In this document: one piece after another, positions 7,735 through 15,717 of the stretch
Layout of the letters: every line of letters begins with the position of its first letter
Position numbering within the stretch: the first letter of the stretch is position 1
Sequence record: GQ478081.1
Reading direction: 5' to 3' (one strand)
Length of the DNA: 38,764 nucleotides
Source: Enterococcus phage phiFL1A
Program-made: the position numbers and the translations under genes
The notes under the pieces: generated by a model
Told to the model about the DNA's origin: nothing
Databases searched by the model: none
The model's input: the letters and a program-made list of their open reading frames with translations, nothing else

Positions 7735-8697
7735 ATGGCAAGACCTGCAAAAGAAGGTTTGGATTATTTTCCTCTTGATGTTGGAATTTTTGAAGACGAA
7801 AAAATAGAAGCTATTGCTGGGGAATTTGGTATTAAAGGAGAACTTGCGGTAATCAAACTGCTTTGTGCGATATACAAAAAAGGATATTTCATTTTGTGGG
7901 ATGACTTATCGCAAGCGACTCTTTTAAAACGCCTGCCTGGAGTAAGTAAGGAAATGCTCAATCAAATAGTGAACCGCTTAGTCTTATGGGGATTTTTTGA
8001 TAAAGAACTGTTTGACTCGGTCAAGGTGCTTACGAGTGAGAATATCCAAGCGACATTTTTCGAAGCGACAAAAAGACGGAAAACACCAAAACCAACTAAA
8101 TATATAGTTAATGTCAACAGTAACTCTCAAAGTGAAACAGTTAATGCTGACATTAATACACAAAGTAAAGTAAAGGAAAGTAAAGTAAATAAAAGTAAAG
8201 TAAACAAAAAAGAAACAGAAAGTTGCATCAATCCGTCGTCACCTGAAACGTCGGTTGAAAAAGCATTCTTTGAAGAGCCGTTAGGTGAAGAAAAGCTAAC
8301 GGAGTTAATCCGCTATTATTCACAGAATGTAAGTCCTGCTACTCCTGTTAATATCACTGATTTACAATATGATCTTGCTGATTTTGACGGAGATCTCGAG
8401 TTATTGAAAGAGGCTGTTAATATCTGTGCTAGAAATAATGAACGAAGATATAGCTATTTTGCTGGTATTTTGAAAAATTGGCGAGCAAATGGTGTAAAAA
8501 CATATGCTGATTATCTAAATAACGAGAGAGAACGAGCAGATAAAAAAACACAAAATAAGCAATATCAAAATAAACCTGTTCGACAAGAAAAGGTGCCTGA
8601 GTGGATGAATCAAGCGAACGGTGAAGAAGAAAAGCTATCACCAGAAGAACAAGCTGAACTTGATAGACAAATAAAAGATTTTTTGGAGGGAAAATGA
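7735..8697 (+). CDS. phage replication initiation protein (N-terminal Lin1244/DUF4373-like, C-terminal DnaD-like)
   Basis: N-terminus GLDYFPLDVGIFEDEKIEAI... typical of DUF4373 replisome organizers. C-terminus YSYFAGILKNWRANGVKT is DnaD-domain-like. Contains internal iterons. Confidence 0.75.
   Translation: MARPAKEGLDYFPLDVGIFEDEKIEAIAGEFGIKGELAVIKLLCAIYKKGYFILWDDLSQATLLKRLPGVSKEMLNQIVNRLVLWGFFDKELFDSVKVLTSENIQATFFEATKRRKTPKPTKYIVNVNSNSQSETVNADINTQSKVKESKVNKSKVNKKETESCINPSSPETSVEKAFFEEPLGEEKLTELIRYYSQNVSPATPVNITDLQYDLADFDGDLELLKEAVNICARNNERRYSYFAGILKNWRANGVKTYADYLNNERERADKKTQNKQYQNKPVRQEKVPEWMNQANGEEEKLSPEEQAELDRQIKDFLEGK
8163..8212 (+). repeat. tandem iterons (AAAGTAAAGTAAAN x3) inside the replication gene, candidate ori
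   Basis: caaAGTAAAGTAAAGgaaAGTAAAGTAAATaaaAGTAAAGTAAAC, followed by an A-rich stretch. Encodes SKVKESKVNKSKVNKK. Iterons embedded in the initiator gene are typical of phage origins. Confidence 0.4.
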
Positions 8698-8996
8698 TGG
8701 ATGAATTAGTTAAATTAGTGGAAGAATGGGCGAAAGAAAAGCGTTTAGATAAAGCAGAGCCTGAAAAGCAAATGCTAAAAGTGATTGAGGAAGTCGGAGA
8801 AGTTGGCGCTGCATTAGCAAGAAACAACAAAAATGATTTAAGGGATGGTATCGGTGATGTTGTTGTGACACTGGTCATTCTCGCTATGCAAAATGATATG
8901 GATTTATACGAATGTCTGAACCAAGCGTATAACGAAATTAAAGATCGTAAGGGAAAAAATGTTAATGGTGTGTTCGTTAAAGAAGCCGACTTGTAA
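8694..8996 (+). CDS. MazG-like nucleotide pyrophosphohydrolase
   Basis: 100 aa with a small MazG pattern (EEVGEVGAAL...GIGDVVVTLVILA). Confidence 0.7.
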   Translation: MMDELVKLVEEWAKEKRLDKAEPEKQMLKVIEEVGEVGAALARNNKNDLRDGIGDVVVTLVILAMQNDMDLYECLNQAYNEIKDRKGKNVNGVFVKEADL

Positions 8997-9012
8997 GGCT
9001 GAGGTGGGAGAA

Positions 9013-9438
9013 ATGCGAATTAGTCTACCGATTGAACCAAAACCACAAAGCAGACCAAGGTTTGCTAGACGTGGGAATTATGTCCAAACCTATGAAGATA
9101 GCGCTATGAGAGCCTATAAACAAAAGATAAAAGCGTATCTACGAAAGGCAAAACCAGAATTGATTGAAAAAGGGGCTATTTTTGCGCATGTGACGTTTTA
9201 CGTTCCTGCACCTAAATATCTATTAAGTTCTAAAAAGAAACGCTTAGAAGTGAAATTAGAGCGGAAATATTGCGATAAGAAAAGTGACTTAGATAATTAT
9301 TTCAAAGCAGTCACTGATGCTGCCGAAGGTATTTTATACAAAAACGATGGTCAAATTGCTGTAATGGTTTGCCAAAAGTTGTACAGTATGCGACCACGAA
9401 CAGAAATTGAAATTATGAGTTTGGAGGAAAAGGAATGA
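9013..9438 (+). CDS. rusA: RusA-family Holliday junction resolvase
   Basis: RusA-like motifs (ISLPIEPKPQSRPRF...; KSDLDNYFKAVTDAAEGILYKNDGQI). Start at 9013 with RBS GAGGTGGGA. Confidence 0.7.
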   Translation: MRISLPIEPKPQSRPRFARRGNYVQTYEDSAMRAYKQKIKAYLRKAKPELIEKGAIFAHVTFYVPAPKYLLSSKKKRLEVKLERKYCDKKSDLDNYFKAVTDAAEGILYKNDGQIAVMVCQKLYSMRPRTEIEIMSLEEKE

Positions 9439-10196
9439 CAAAAAACAAACTCAGAGAAACAAAAAGAGCCATTCGTCAGAGAATTCTTTTTTTGACTGGT
9501 GATGATGAATCATGGATGAATAATCCAGAAATCGTGGAAGAGGTCCAGAGATTATCCAAACAACTGAATTCTAACCTTATAAACGATAAGCGACCATTGC
9601 CAAGGCTAGATCCTGATAAGCTGACGAAAGAAGAATACCAACGCTTGTTGGATTTGGGATATCAAGTAAAAGATATTAAGAAAGCCTTAGGGCTAGGCAC
9701 AACAACCTTTCAAAATTGGCGAATGGCAAACGGCATAGAAAACATAATTAAGCGAAAAGAAAATAACAAAGTAGAGGAGAACAAGCACATGAAATTTAAC
9801 ATCAATACAGCAACGTTACTTATTTCAAACAATTTTGGAGTGAAAGCAGAGGAATGTTTAACGATCTCAAAAAGCGGTCTGGCTTTAAGTGGTCCAGTAG
9901 TTCAACGATTGAACAAACCCGAATGGGTTCAACTGTATTTAGACGAACAAAACAAAGCGTTATTTGTTTTGCCGTGTGAAGCAACTGCGGAAGGTGCTAG
10001 AAGTTGCGTAAGTCCTAAGGCAAATAAAAAAACTGGCTATCGAAAAAGCTGGAATGGTCATGTGTTAAGAAAAGCTGCTGAGGTTGGAGGCTTTAACATT
10101 GAAACAGATGTTTACCATGTAAAACCAGAAGAAGTGGAAGGACATCCAAATGCTTTAGGATTTGATTTGACAAAGGCGGTCAAAGTGAATGGGTAA
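9435..10196 (+). CDS. hypothetical protein (253 aa)
   Basis: Long ORF translationally coupled to rusA. No domain recognized with confidence. Confidence 0.5.
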   Translation: MTKNKLRETKRAIRQRILFLTGDDESWMNNPEIVEEVQRLSKQLNSNLINDKRPLPRLDPDKLTKEEYQRLLDLGYQVKDIKKALGLGTTTFQNWRMANGIENIIKRKENNKVEENKHMKFNINTATLLISNNFGVKAEECLTISKSGLALSGPVVQRLNKPEWVQLYLDEQNKALFVLPCEATAEGARSCVSPKANKKTGYRKSWNGHVLRKAAEVGGFNIETDVYHVKPEEVEGHPNALGFDLTKAVKVNG

Positions 10197-10283
10197 AACT
10201 AAATCTAAAATCAAGAAGAAAAAACGTAGACTAAAAGAAAAAGCTATTGCAAATGGCACATACAGTAAGCGAGGGAAAAGCGA

Positions 10284-10424
10284 TGGTATGTATAAAATGC
10301 AAGGGACAGATGATTGTCTGGGAAAAAGATAGATTCGGTCATTCAAAAGCAACTTCTTGTCCGCTATGCAACAAAAGTGGGCAAAGTGTTGCGAAAAAGT
10401 TAGCTGAAATAAAGAAGAAATAAA
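10284..10424 (+). CDS. possible zinc-ribbon micro-protein (46 aa)
   Basis: MVCIKCKGQ...CPLCNK: CxxC...CxxC. RBS GAGGGAAAAG upstream. Confidence 0.3.
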
Positions 10425-10475
10425 TGAAAGGAGTGGAGGTTTGGTCGACCACAAAGAATTCTTTACTCCTTTGGA

Positions 10476-10943
10476 ATGATGAAAAAAATACTTGATGTAT
10501 GCTGTGGTAGCAGAATGTTTTGGTTTGATAAGCAAAACGACCAAGTTTTGTTTATGGATAACAGAAAGCATTACGAAAAATTAGACAGTGGGCATGTTAT
10601 CGATGTTAATCCTAATCTAGTTGCAGATTTTAGAAAGATGCCTTTTGAAGATAACTCGTTTTATCATGTTGTATTTGATCCTCCGCATTTATTGAGGTGT
10701 GGTAATAACAGCTGGTTGGCTAAAAAATATGGCAAGCTAAACGAGAAAACTTGGAAAGAAGATATACAAAAAGGTTTTCATGAGTGTATGAGGGTTTTGA
10801 AGCCCAATGGGACGTTAGTTTTTAAATGGAACGAGGAACAAATCAAGTTATCTGAAATATTAAGCACAATTGATTGTGAGCCATTGTACGGCAATAAAAG
10901 AGCAAAAACACATTGGTTAGTATTTATGAAAGCGAGTGAATAA
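10476..10943 (+). CDS. small SAM-dependent methyltransferase-like protein (putative phage DNA methyltransferase)
   Basis: LDVCCGS (motif I-like) and VVFDPPH (motif IV-like, DPPH). Only 155 aa, so it may be a minimal or degenerate methyltransferase. Confidence 0.45.
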   Translation: MMKKILDVCCGSRMFWFDKQNDQVLFMDNRKHYEKLDSGHVIDVNPNLVADFRKMPFEDNSFYHVVFDPPHLLRCGNNSWLAKKYGKLNEKTWKEDIQKGFHECMRVLKPNGTLVFKWNEEQIKLSEILSTIDCEPLYGNKRAKTHWLVFMKASE

Positions 10944-11265
10944 GATGAATGAGCAAATAAATTTGCTTGAGTTAGATAATGATAAACTTTGGCAATTTTA
11001 TGGGCATTATTGTAATGACGATTGGTCCGCTAAGACAGAGACCGTGAATGGTGATGCTGATATAGTGCTAGGTTTTAGAGTTAAACTATCGAAAAATGAG
11101 CTGAGAAAAATATGCAGAGATGCCATTGAAATAAGCAGAATTAAGTATGGATATTCTGTCAGGTTTTTAACAAATAATGTAAAGAAAGAGCTGTTCGTTC
11201 GTTTTGACAACTACACCACTAGTAAAAAAAGAGATGTCTTTGAACATATAAATTTATATTTTTAA
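10936..11265 (+). CDS. hypothetical protein (109 aa)
   Basis: ORF translationally coupled to the previous gene. Confidence 0.5.
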   Translation: MNKMNEQINLLELDNDKLWQFYGHYCNDDWSAKTETVNGDADIVLGFRVKLSKNELRKICRDAIEISRIKYGYSVRFLTNNVKKELFVRFDNYTTSKKRDVFEHINLYF

Positions 11266-11285
11266 GCGGAAAGAGAGTAAAGAAG

Positions 11286-11654
11286 ATGATCCCAAAATTT
11301 AGAGCAAGAGATCAAAGAGGTAACTGGCATATTGGACTTCTAACTTTTATGTTTGGCCAGTATGCCATCGTAAATGAATCAGATGAAAATTCGGTTTATC
11401 TGATTGATAAGGAAACAGTCGGACAATCAACAGGGTTGAAAGACAAGAACGGCGTTGAAATTTTTGAGGGTGATGTATTATATTATGATCCTTTCAAAAC
11501 ACATATGAATGATAGCATTGTTGTATTTGAAAAAGGTTCATTCTGCAAAAAAACGATAAGAAATGGAAAATTAACATCTGTTAGATTCATTGACAGCGAA
11601 GAATATGAAGTTATCAGAAATGTTTGGGAGGACAGATGGAACTATGGCGATTAA
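11286..11654 (+). CDS. YopX-family phage protein
   Basis: N-terminus MIPKFRARD... and overall pattern typical of the YopX family. Confidence 0.7.
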   Translation: MIPKFRARDQRGNWHIGLLTFMFGQYAIVNESDENSVYLIDKETVGQSTGLKDKNGVEIFEGDVLYYDPFKTHMNDSIVVFEKGSFCKKTIRNGKLTSVRFIDSEEYEVIRNVWEDRWNYGD

Positions 11655-11952
11655 AGGAAGAAGCAAGTTTGACTTTGAAGTGTTTAAAGGGGATTTCAAT
11701 AATTGGATGGGCTTCAATAAACAAAAATATACCAGGGAACAAGCAATAGATGAATGGCGGTCAGAACTAATGCTTGACGAAAATACACCTTATATCATAG
11801 AAGATGCATTTGTTAGATATCGTTTCGGAGTAGACGAAGACAATGAGAACCGTAGTTGCTGGTGGTTAGAATGGCGAGATTGTGGTCATAGGTCTGTACC
11901 TGTCTGGTCCATTAGAACGCCTTTTCCGTGGGAATTGGAGGGAACAGAATGA
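11644..11952 (+). CDS. hypothetical protein (102 aa)
   Basis: In-frame ATG at 11644 (MAIKGRSKF...) overlapping the YopX stop. The track start at 11590 is probably too early. Confidence 0.5.
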   Translation: MAIKGRSKFDFEVFKGDFNNWMGFNKQKYTREQAIDEWRSELMLDENTPYIIEDAFVRYRFGVDEDNENRSCWWLEWRDCGHRSVPVWSIRTPFPWELEGTE

Positions 11953-12308
11953 GTACAGGGCGATTAGTAATTAATGGCAAAACGTGGGGCGAATTTGAGT
12001 CAGCTAAACGTATTAAAGGCCATATTGTCATAAGTGGCTATGAATCGTATGGTGGATGTCACACTGTTAGAGGAATCAAACAACAAAAACTCAACGAAAA
12101 TCAGCAGATTGTGCTTGATTGGTTGAAAGAATCATGCAAATTATACGGATTACGTGAAGTTATTGAAATCATGGGATTTTTATCAACTACTGGTGGAAAA
12201 ATGAAGTATAAGCAAGTAGCTTATGCATATGGTGACTTAAATGATGATGAATTGAAGCATGTCTTACAAGCGTTTAGCCGGTGGGCTATTGAACAGGAGG
12301 AAGGATAA
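11949..12308 (+). CDS. hypothetical protein (119 aa)
   Basis: ATG at 11949 after RBS GGAGGGAAC (MSTGRLVING...). Confidence 0.5.
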   Translation: MSTGRLVINGKTWGEFESAKRIKGHIVISGYESYGGCHTVRGIKQQKLNENQQIVLDWLKESCKLYGLREVIEIMGFLSTTGGKMKYKQVAYAYGDLNDDELKHVLQAFSRWAIEQEEG

Positions 12309-12445
12309 TGGGAGAAATTGCAGAAATGATGTTGGAAGGTGTCTTATGTGCAAGTTGTGGAGTATTCCTTGATGTAGATGGGAATGGGTATCCTGAATAT
12401 TGTGAAGATTGCCAAGAACAAATAATCGAGGAGGACCATCGATGA
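12308..12445 (+). CDS. small Cys-rich (zinc-finger-like) protein (45 aa)
   Basis: Excellent RBS CAGGAGGAAGGA before the ATG. Motif C.SCG...C.DC. Confidence 0.35.
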   Translation: MGEIAEMMLEGVLCASCGVFLDVDGNGYPEYCEDCQEQIIEEDHR

Positions 12446-12948
12446 TTAAACAAGAATTGATTGGTATTTTAGAAGGTTTAGAAGGTGATTCATTCATCGA
12501 AAAGTACAACGAAGGATATGATCAAGCAGTTCGTGACTGTTTGATTGCAGTAAAACAACTTGACGAATCGAAAAAAACTGTATTGCCCAAAAAGGCCGAT
12601 GACTTTATCAAAGAAGGCGAAGGCCTAGGTTCTGATAAAGTTGATATTATTGATTCAGCAATTTCTTTCGCAAGAGCAATGCCAAATGATGAATTTTCTT
12701 TGTGGTTTAAGTCGAATAGAAATTTATTTGTTAATGCATTAGCTAACGGCTACGAAGTCGAGAAGGAACCATTATATCATGTTTTATTACCAGACAAAGG
12801 GGCGACTAACACAGGATATACTTTTTTAAATTTAACGGGAACAATTGATTTTACGATATGTAAGGAAAAGGTGGATATGTTAACAGAAAATCAAATCAAA
12901 GCAATTGATGAGCGCTATTGGGCTTTTGCTGTGAAGGTGGAGGGATAA
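12442..12948 (+). CDS. hypothetical protein (168 aa)
   Basis: ATG at 12442 after RBS GAGGAGGA (MIKQELIGILEG...). Confidence 0.5.
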   Translation: MIKQELIGILEGLEGDSFIEKYNEGYDQAVRDCLIAVKQLDESKKTVLPKKADDFIKEGEGLGSDKVDIIDSAISFARAMPNDEFSLWFKSNRNLFVNALANGYEVEKEPLYHVLLPDKGATNTGYTFLNLTGTIDFTICKEKVDMLTENQIKAIDERYWAFAVKVEG

Positions 12949-12951
12949 TAA

Positions 12952-13152
12952 ATGGAAAAATCAAAAAGTTTGATCATATGGCTACCGACTGGTGAAACAA
13001 TGAAGTTTGAAGATGTTAGGCATGTTGAAACAGTTACAACTGATTTAGAATGGGATGTTTTAAAATTTAATTATCTAGGTATTTCAACTGGAGTAAGACG
13101 AAATGTAGTATTTGAAATGAGTAAATTAATGGGATGGGCATTGGAAGAATAA
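12952..13152 (+). CDS. hypothetical protein (66 aa)
   Basis: ORF with GGAGGG RBS. Confidence 0.45.
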   Translation: MEKSKSLIIWLPTGETMKFEDVRHVETVTTDLEWDVLKFNYLGISTGVRRNVVFEMSKLMGWALEE

Positions 13153-13155
13153 TAA

Positions 13156-13356
13156 ATGATCAAATTTAAAGAATTCAATACTCAACCTTACGATGTTCAC
13201 ATTACTAGATTTTTTGAAGATTTAAACAGAAACAACCCAGATGGTGTTTTTGAATATGTTGACTTGAAATGCGTTGATAGAAATTTAGTGATATTAGTTT
13301 ACCGTCAAACTAATAGAAGCATACGTCAGCTCGGAAATGTACTTAAGGGAGGATAA
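13156..13356 (+). CDS. hypothetical protein (66 aa)
   Basis: Compact ORF following the previous gene. Confidence 0.45.
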   Translation: MIKFKEFNTQPYDVHITRFFEDLNRNNPDGVFEYVDLKCVDRNLVILVYRQTNRSIRQLGNVLKGG

Positions 13357-13359
13357 GCA

Positions 13360-13563
13360 ATGCTAAGTTATCCAGAAGTTTATATTTTAGGGCGACAAGT
13401 CGATGACGTTTGTGTTGAATACCTGCGCGGATCAGAGCAAGCCGATTTATTTTTCGATTATACGATAGCTCGTGATGAAAGAAATCATATGAATAAAAGC
13501 AATACAAAAGATGGCGAATGGAGAATTTTAAAATATGGGAGGCCAAGTACATTGGAGTTTTAA
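13360..13563 (+). CDS. hypothetical protein (67 aa)
   Basis: ORF with AAGGGAGG RBS. Last gene of the early block. Confidence 0.45.
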   Translation: MLSYPEVYILGRQVDDVCVEYLRGSEQADLFFDYTIARDERNHMNKSNTKDGEWRILKYGRPSTLEF

Positions 13564-13603
13564 CTTATTGCAACTTTTTTACAATAACTAGCTGATTTTT
13601 TGC

Positions 13604-13811
13604 AAACAAAAAGCCAGCCGACCAATGGCTGACTAATGTGGTAGTTAGCACTTTTCCCAAGTAAAGTGCTAATAGTGCCAACAAATAAGGTTGACATTGT
13701 GTCTCTGGTGGAGACAGGAACTATCGATAACTGTTTTCCGCCAGTTATCATAGAAAAGGAGAAATTTATTTCAGAAATAAAATCCCCAAGAAAGTTAATA
13801 TGATTATATCA
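13604..13811 (-). ncRNA. candidate structured noncoding RNA (about 190 nt)
   Basis: Minus-strand extended -10 TGATATAAT (complement of 13803-13811). Three perfect hairpins follow: stems of 8 bp (13726-13749), 6 bp (13700-13716) and 10 bp (13645-13672). Then a terminator CAGCC-ATTGGTC-GGCTG + UUUUUGUUUG (complement of 13604-13633). The overlapping 63-aa ORF has no RBS. Confidence 0.25.
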
Positions 13812-13952
13812 TGAGTAAATGTATTTGAAAATACTATCTCATAGTACGTATTGTAAAAAGTTTATTTAGTAGAAAATAAAAAAAGCCAGATTGCTCCGGC
13901 TGTGAGTAATATTTTCGACATAGTTATTATACCACAAAAGGAGCGATTTCAC

Positions 13953-14369
13953 TTGATTCAATTGCTAAAAGAAGTAGATTTTCGACAAACAAAAGTGAAT
14001 GCTAGAAATGTGTTGAAGAATTTTAGACGTTTAGAGCGAATAGCTGGTCGCTCTTTGATAGATTTAAAATCACCAATTATTACAGATATGCCTAAAAGCC
14101 AAAGTCATGGGAACAAATCAGAAGATGCGCTAGTACAATTAGCAGATGCAGAAGCAGAAAGAGATGCAATTTTATCTGCACTTATGGCTTTGAGTTTGAC
14201 TAGTAGACAAATTCTGCACTACAGTTTTTGTGTGCAGGATCATTACTCTAATTACAAGATTGCTAGAGAAGTTGGATATTCTGAAAGAAGTATTCAACGC
14301 ATGAAATCAGAAGCTTTGATTGAATTCGCGGAAGCTTACCGAAATGGCAAAATAATTGCATATAAATAA
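13953..14369 (+). CDS. ArpU-family late transcriptional regulator
   Basis: ArpU-like sequence (..RRLERIAGRS..., C-terminal sigma-region-4-like YSERSIQRMKSEALIEFAEAY). TTG at 13953 is 9 nt after AAAGGAG. Alternative GTG start at 13902. Confidence 0.75.
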   Translation: MIQLLKEVDFRQTKVNARNVLKNFRRLERIAGRSLIDLKSPIITDMPKSQSHGNKSEDALVQLADAEAERDAILSALMALSLTSRQILHYSFCVQDHYSNYKIAREVGYSERSIQRMKSEALIEFAEAYRNGKIIAYK

Positions 14370-14373
14370 TTTT

Positions 14374-14401
14374 TGGCGGTTTTTTGGCGGAAAGTTGGCG
14401 G
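14374..14401 (+). promoter_or_regulatory. three direct TGGCGG repeats at 11-bp phasing (candidate activator binding site / late promoter region)
   Basis: ttTTGGCGGtttttTGGCGGaaagTTGGCGGttttt immediately after the arpU stop. One helical turn apart. Followed by -10-like TAATAT. Confidence 0.35.
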
Positions 14402-14593
14402 TTTTTATACGAATTTGAGTGCTAATATAGTAATATCGAAAGTCAAAGAAATAGACACATTACACAACACTTTCTCGTTTAGTCACCGTTCACTTTGTCT
14501 TTCGATGGTCACTTGCAGACTTACGTTCTCAATAAAATGAAGTGAGGTGAATAACCTCCTCTTTTTTCTACAAGTTTGCAAGGGACACTTTAA

Positions 14594-14666
14594 TGGAATA
14601 TAGCTCAGTTGGTAGAGCGTACGACTGTTAATCGTAGGGTCATGAGTTCGAGTCTCGTTATTCCAG
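14594..14666 (+). tRNA. tRNA-Asn (anticodon GTT)
   Basis: Canonical cloverleaf folded by hand. 7-bp acceptor TGGAATA/TATTCCA (U1-A72), U8, D-arm GCTC-AGTTGGTA-GAGC, anticodon loop CTGTTAA, T-loop TTCGAGT, discriminator G. No encoded CCA. Confidence 0.88.
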
Positions 14667-14761
14667 TAAGTAGCTATGCTACTTAAATAAAAAAATCGTC
14701 AATAAGTCAAATGTAACTACCTTTACGATCAGATGACGGTTAAGATTTTCCCTCCTATCTG

Positions 14762-14791
14762 AGACTGCACTTCTGAGTGTGGTCTTTTTTT
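14762..14791 (+). terminator. rho-independent terminator after tRNA-Asn
   Basis: 9-bp stem AGACTGCAC/GTGTGGTCT (two G-U pairs), loop TTCTGA, then TTTTTTT. Confidence 0.5.
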
Positions 14792-14823
14792 CTTAAAAAT
14801 TCATAGCTAATCAAATTTCACTT

Positions 14824-14852
14824 TTTACATTCTTTTTATATTAGCTTATAGT
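14824..14852 (+). promoter_or_regulatory. sigma70-like promoter of the moron cassette
   Basis: -35 TTTACA (14824-14829), 17-nt spacer, -10 TATAGT (14847-14852). About 45 nt upstream of the 14900 start. Confidence 0.4.
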
Positions 14853-14899
14853 ATTATGTAGTAAGTAAAAAATATGAAAATAAGTGGAGTGAAAATTTA

Positions 14900-15514
14900 A
14901 TGAGTTTAAATAGTCTATTGTTGTTATTGATTTTTGGTGGTATTGCAATTATTGGTTATTTTGTAAAAGATTTACCAAATTTGTTTAGGGAACTAGCAGT
15001 TGAAGAATCGCGAGGAAAAAACGAAAGAGAAATTCAAAAAGAGGCTTTCTTTCGTCAAATCAAGGGTTCAGATATAGATGAAGCTTTTAACTATTGGACT
15101 AGCTTGATGGTTGATATGGATAATAAGATAAATCAGATTGGAACGGCATCTGGTAAAAAAGAGTTCGTAAAAATGCAACAAAAGGTTTTGATGTACGGTT
15201 CGAATGGCACAGTCACTATCCTTTCTTCTATGATGCAGCATGTTTATAGACGGGGAGAATTGAAGAATACAGTAAAAGTTTCATTTGGAGATCAAGATAG
15301 TACAAAGGAAAATATACAAAACTATATGTTAATGTTTTACATTGCGTATCTAATAAGTTCATTAAAAAAAGACTTTACAGGATACAGTATTGATCCTATA
15401 GAAATTCTATTAATTAAAATAAATGATATAGATAGTCATAAGAATAAACCACTTTTTGAACAAGCTGAAAAAAATGTTCGAAAAGAATTAAAGAAGCTAG
15501 GGGTGACTATCTAG
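14900..15514 (+). CDS. membrane-anchored protein of unknown function (204 aa), moron gene
   Basis: N-terminal TM helix (LLLLLIFGGIAIIGYFV) followed by a soluble domain with no recognizable family. Own promoter and flanking terminators. RBS GTGGAGTG..AAATTTAATG. Confidence 0.6.
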   Translation: MSLNSLLLLLIFGGIAIIGYFVKDLPNLFRELAVEESRGKNEREIQKEAFFRQIKGSDIDEAFNYWTSLMVDMDNKINQIGTASGKKEFVKMQQKVLMYGSNGTVTILSSMMQHVYRRGELKNTVKVSFGDQDSTKENIQNYMLMFYIAYLISSLKKDFTGYSIDPIEILLIKINDIDSHKNKPLFEQAEKNVRKELKKLGVTI

Positions 15515-15526
15515 AGGGGAGTCGAA

Positions 15527-15685
15527 ATGCTACTTGTAATAGCTTTTGCTTTTATATTATTAAAGATAGCAGGTTTTGTACAATTGACTTGGAATGAAGT
15601 GATACTATGTGAATTAATTCTACTGATGTGTTCTATTTTAGAACTCATATTAATTTACAAGAAAATAAATAATAGATTTAAATAG
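15527..15685 (+). CDS. small two-TM hydrophobic protein (52 aa)
   Basis: RBS GGGGAG 5 nt before the ATG. MLLVIAFAFILLKIAGFV...ILLMCSILELILIY: two hydrophobic helices. Immediately followed by a strong terminator. Confidence 0.4.
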   Translation: MLLVIAFAFILLKIAGFVQLTWNEVILCELILLMCSILELILIYKKINNRFK

Positions 15686-15710
15686 ATCACTCGTTGAGTG
15701 GTCTTTTTTT
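15685..15710 (+). terminator. rho-independent terminator closing the moron cassette
   Basis: 8-bp stem GATCACTC/GAGTGGTC, loop GTT, then TTTTTTT. Confidence 0.6.
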
Positions 15711-15717
15711 CGTACAT

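Noticed and set aside
8429-8878. 149-aa minus-strand ORF overlapping the replication initiator and MazG genes
   Set aside because: Antisense to two genes with recognizable domains. Composition Ser/Leu/Phe-rich as expected for an antisense frame.
13560-13751. 63-aa minus-strand ORF in the early/late intergenic gap
   Set aside because: No purine-rich RBS before its ATG (tttctccttttctATG). It lies wholly inside the hairpin-dense region better explained as a structured RNA/DNA element.
14535-14560. 15-nt identity AAGTGAGGTGAATAA shared between 3170 and 14537, followed at 14543-14565 by a GAGGT/ACCTC hairpin + T6
   Set aside because: The identity is essentially an RBS-like purine run and could be chance. 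The hairpin may be a weak terminator ahead of tRNA-Asn, but evidence is too thin to call a feature.
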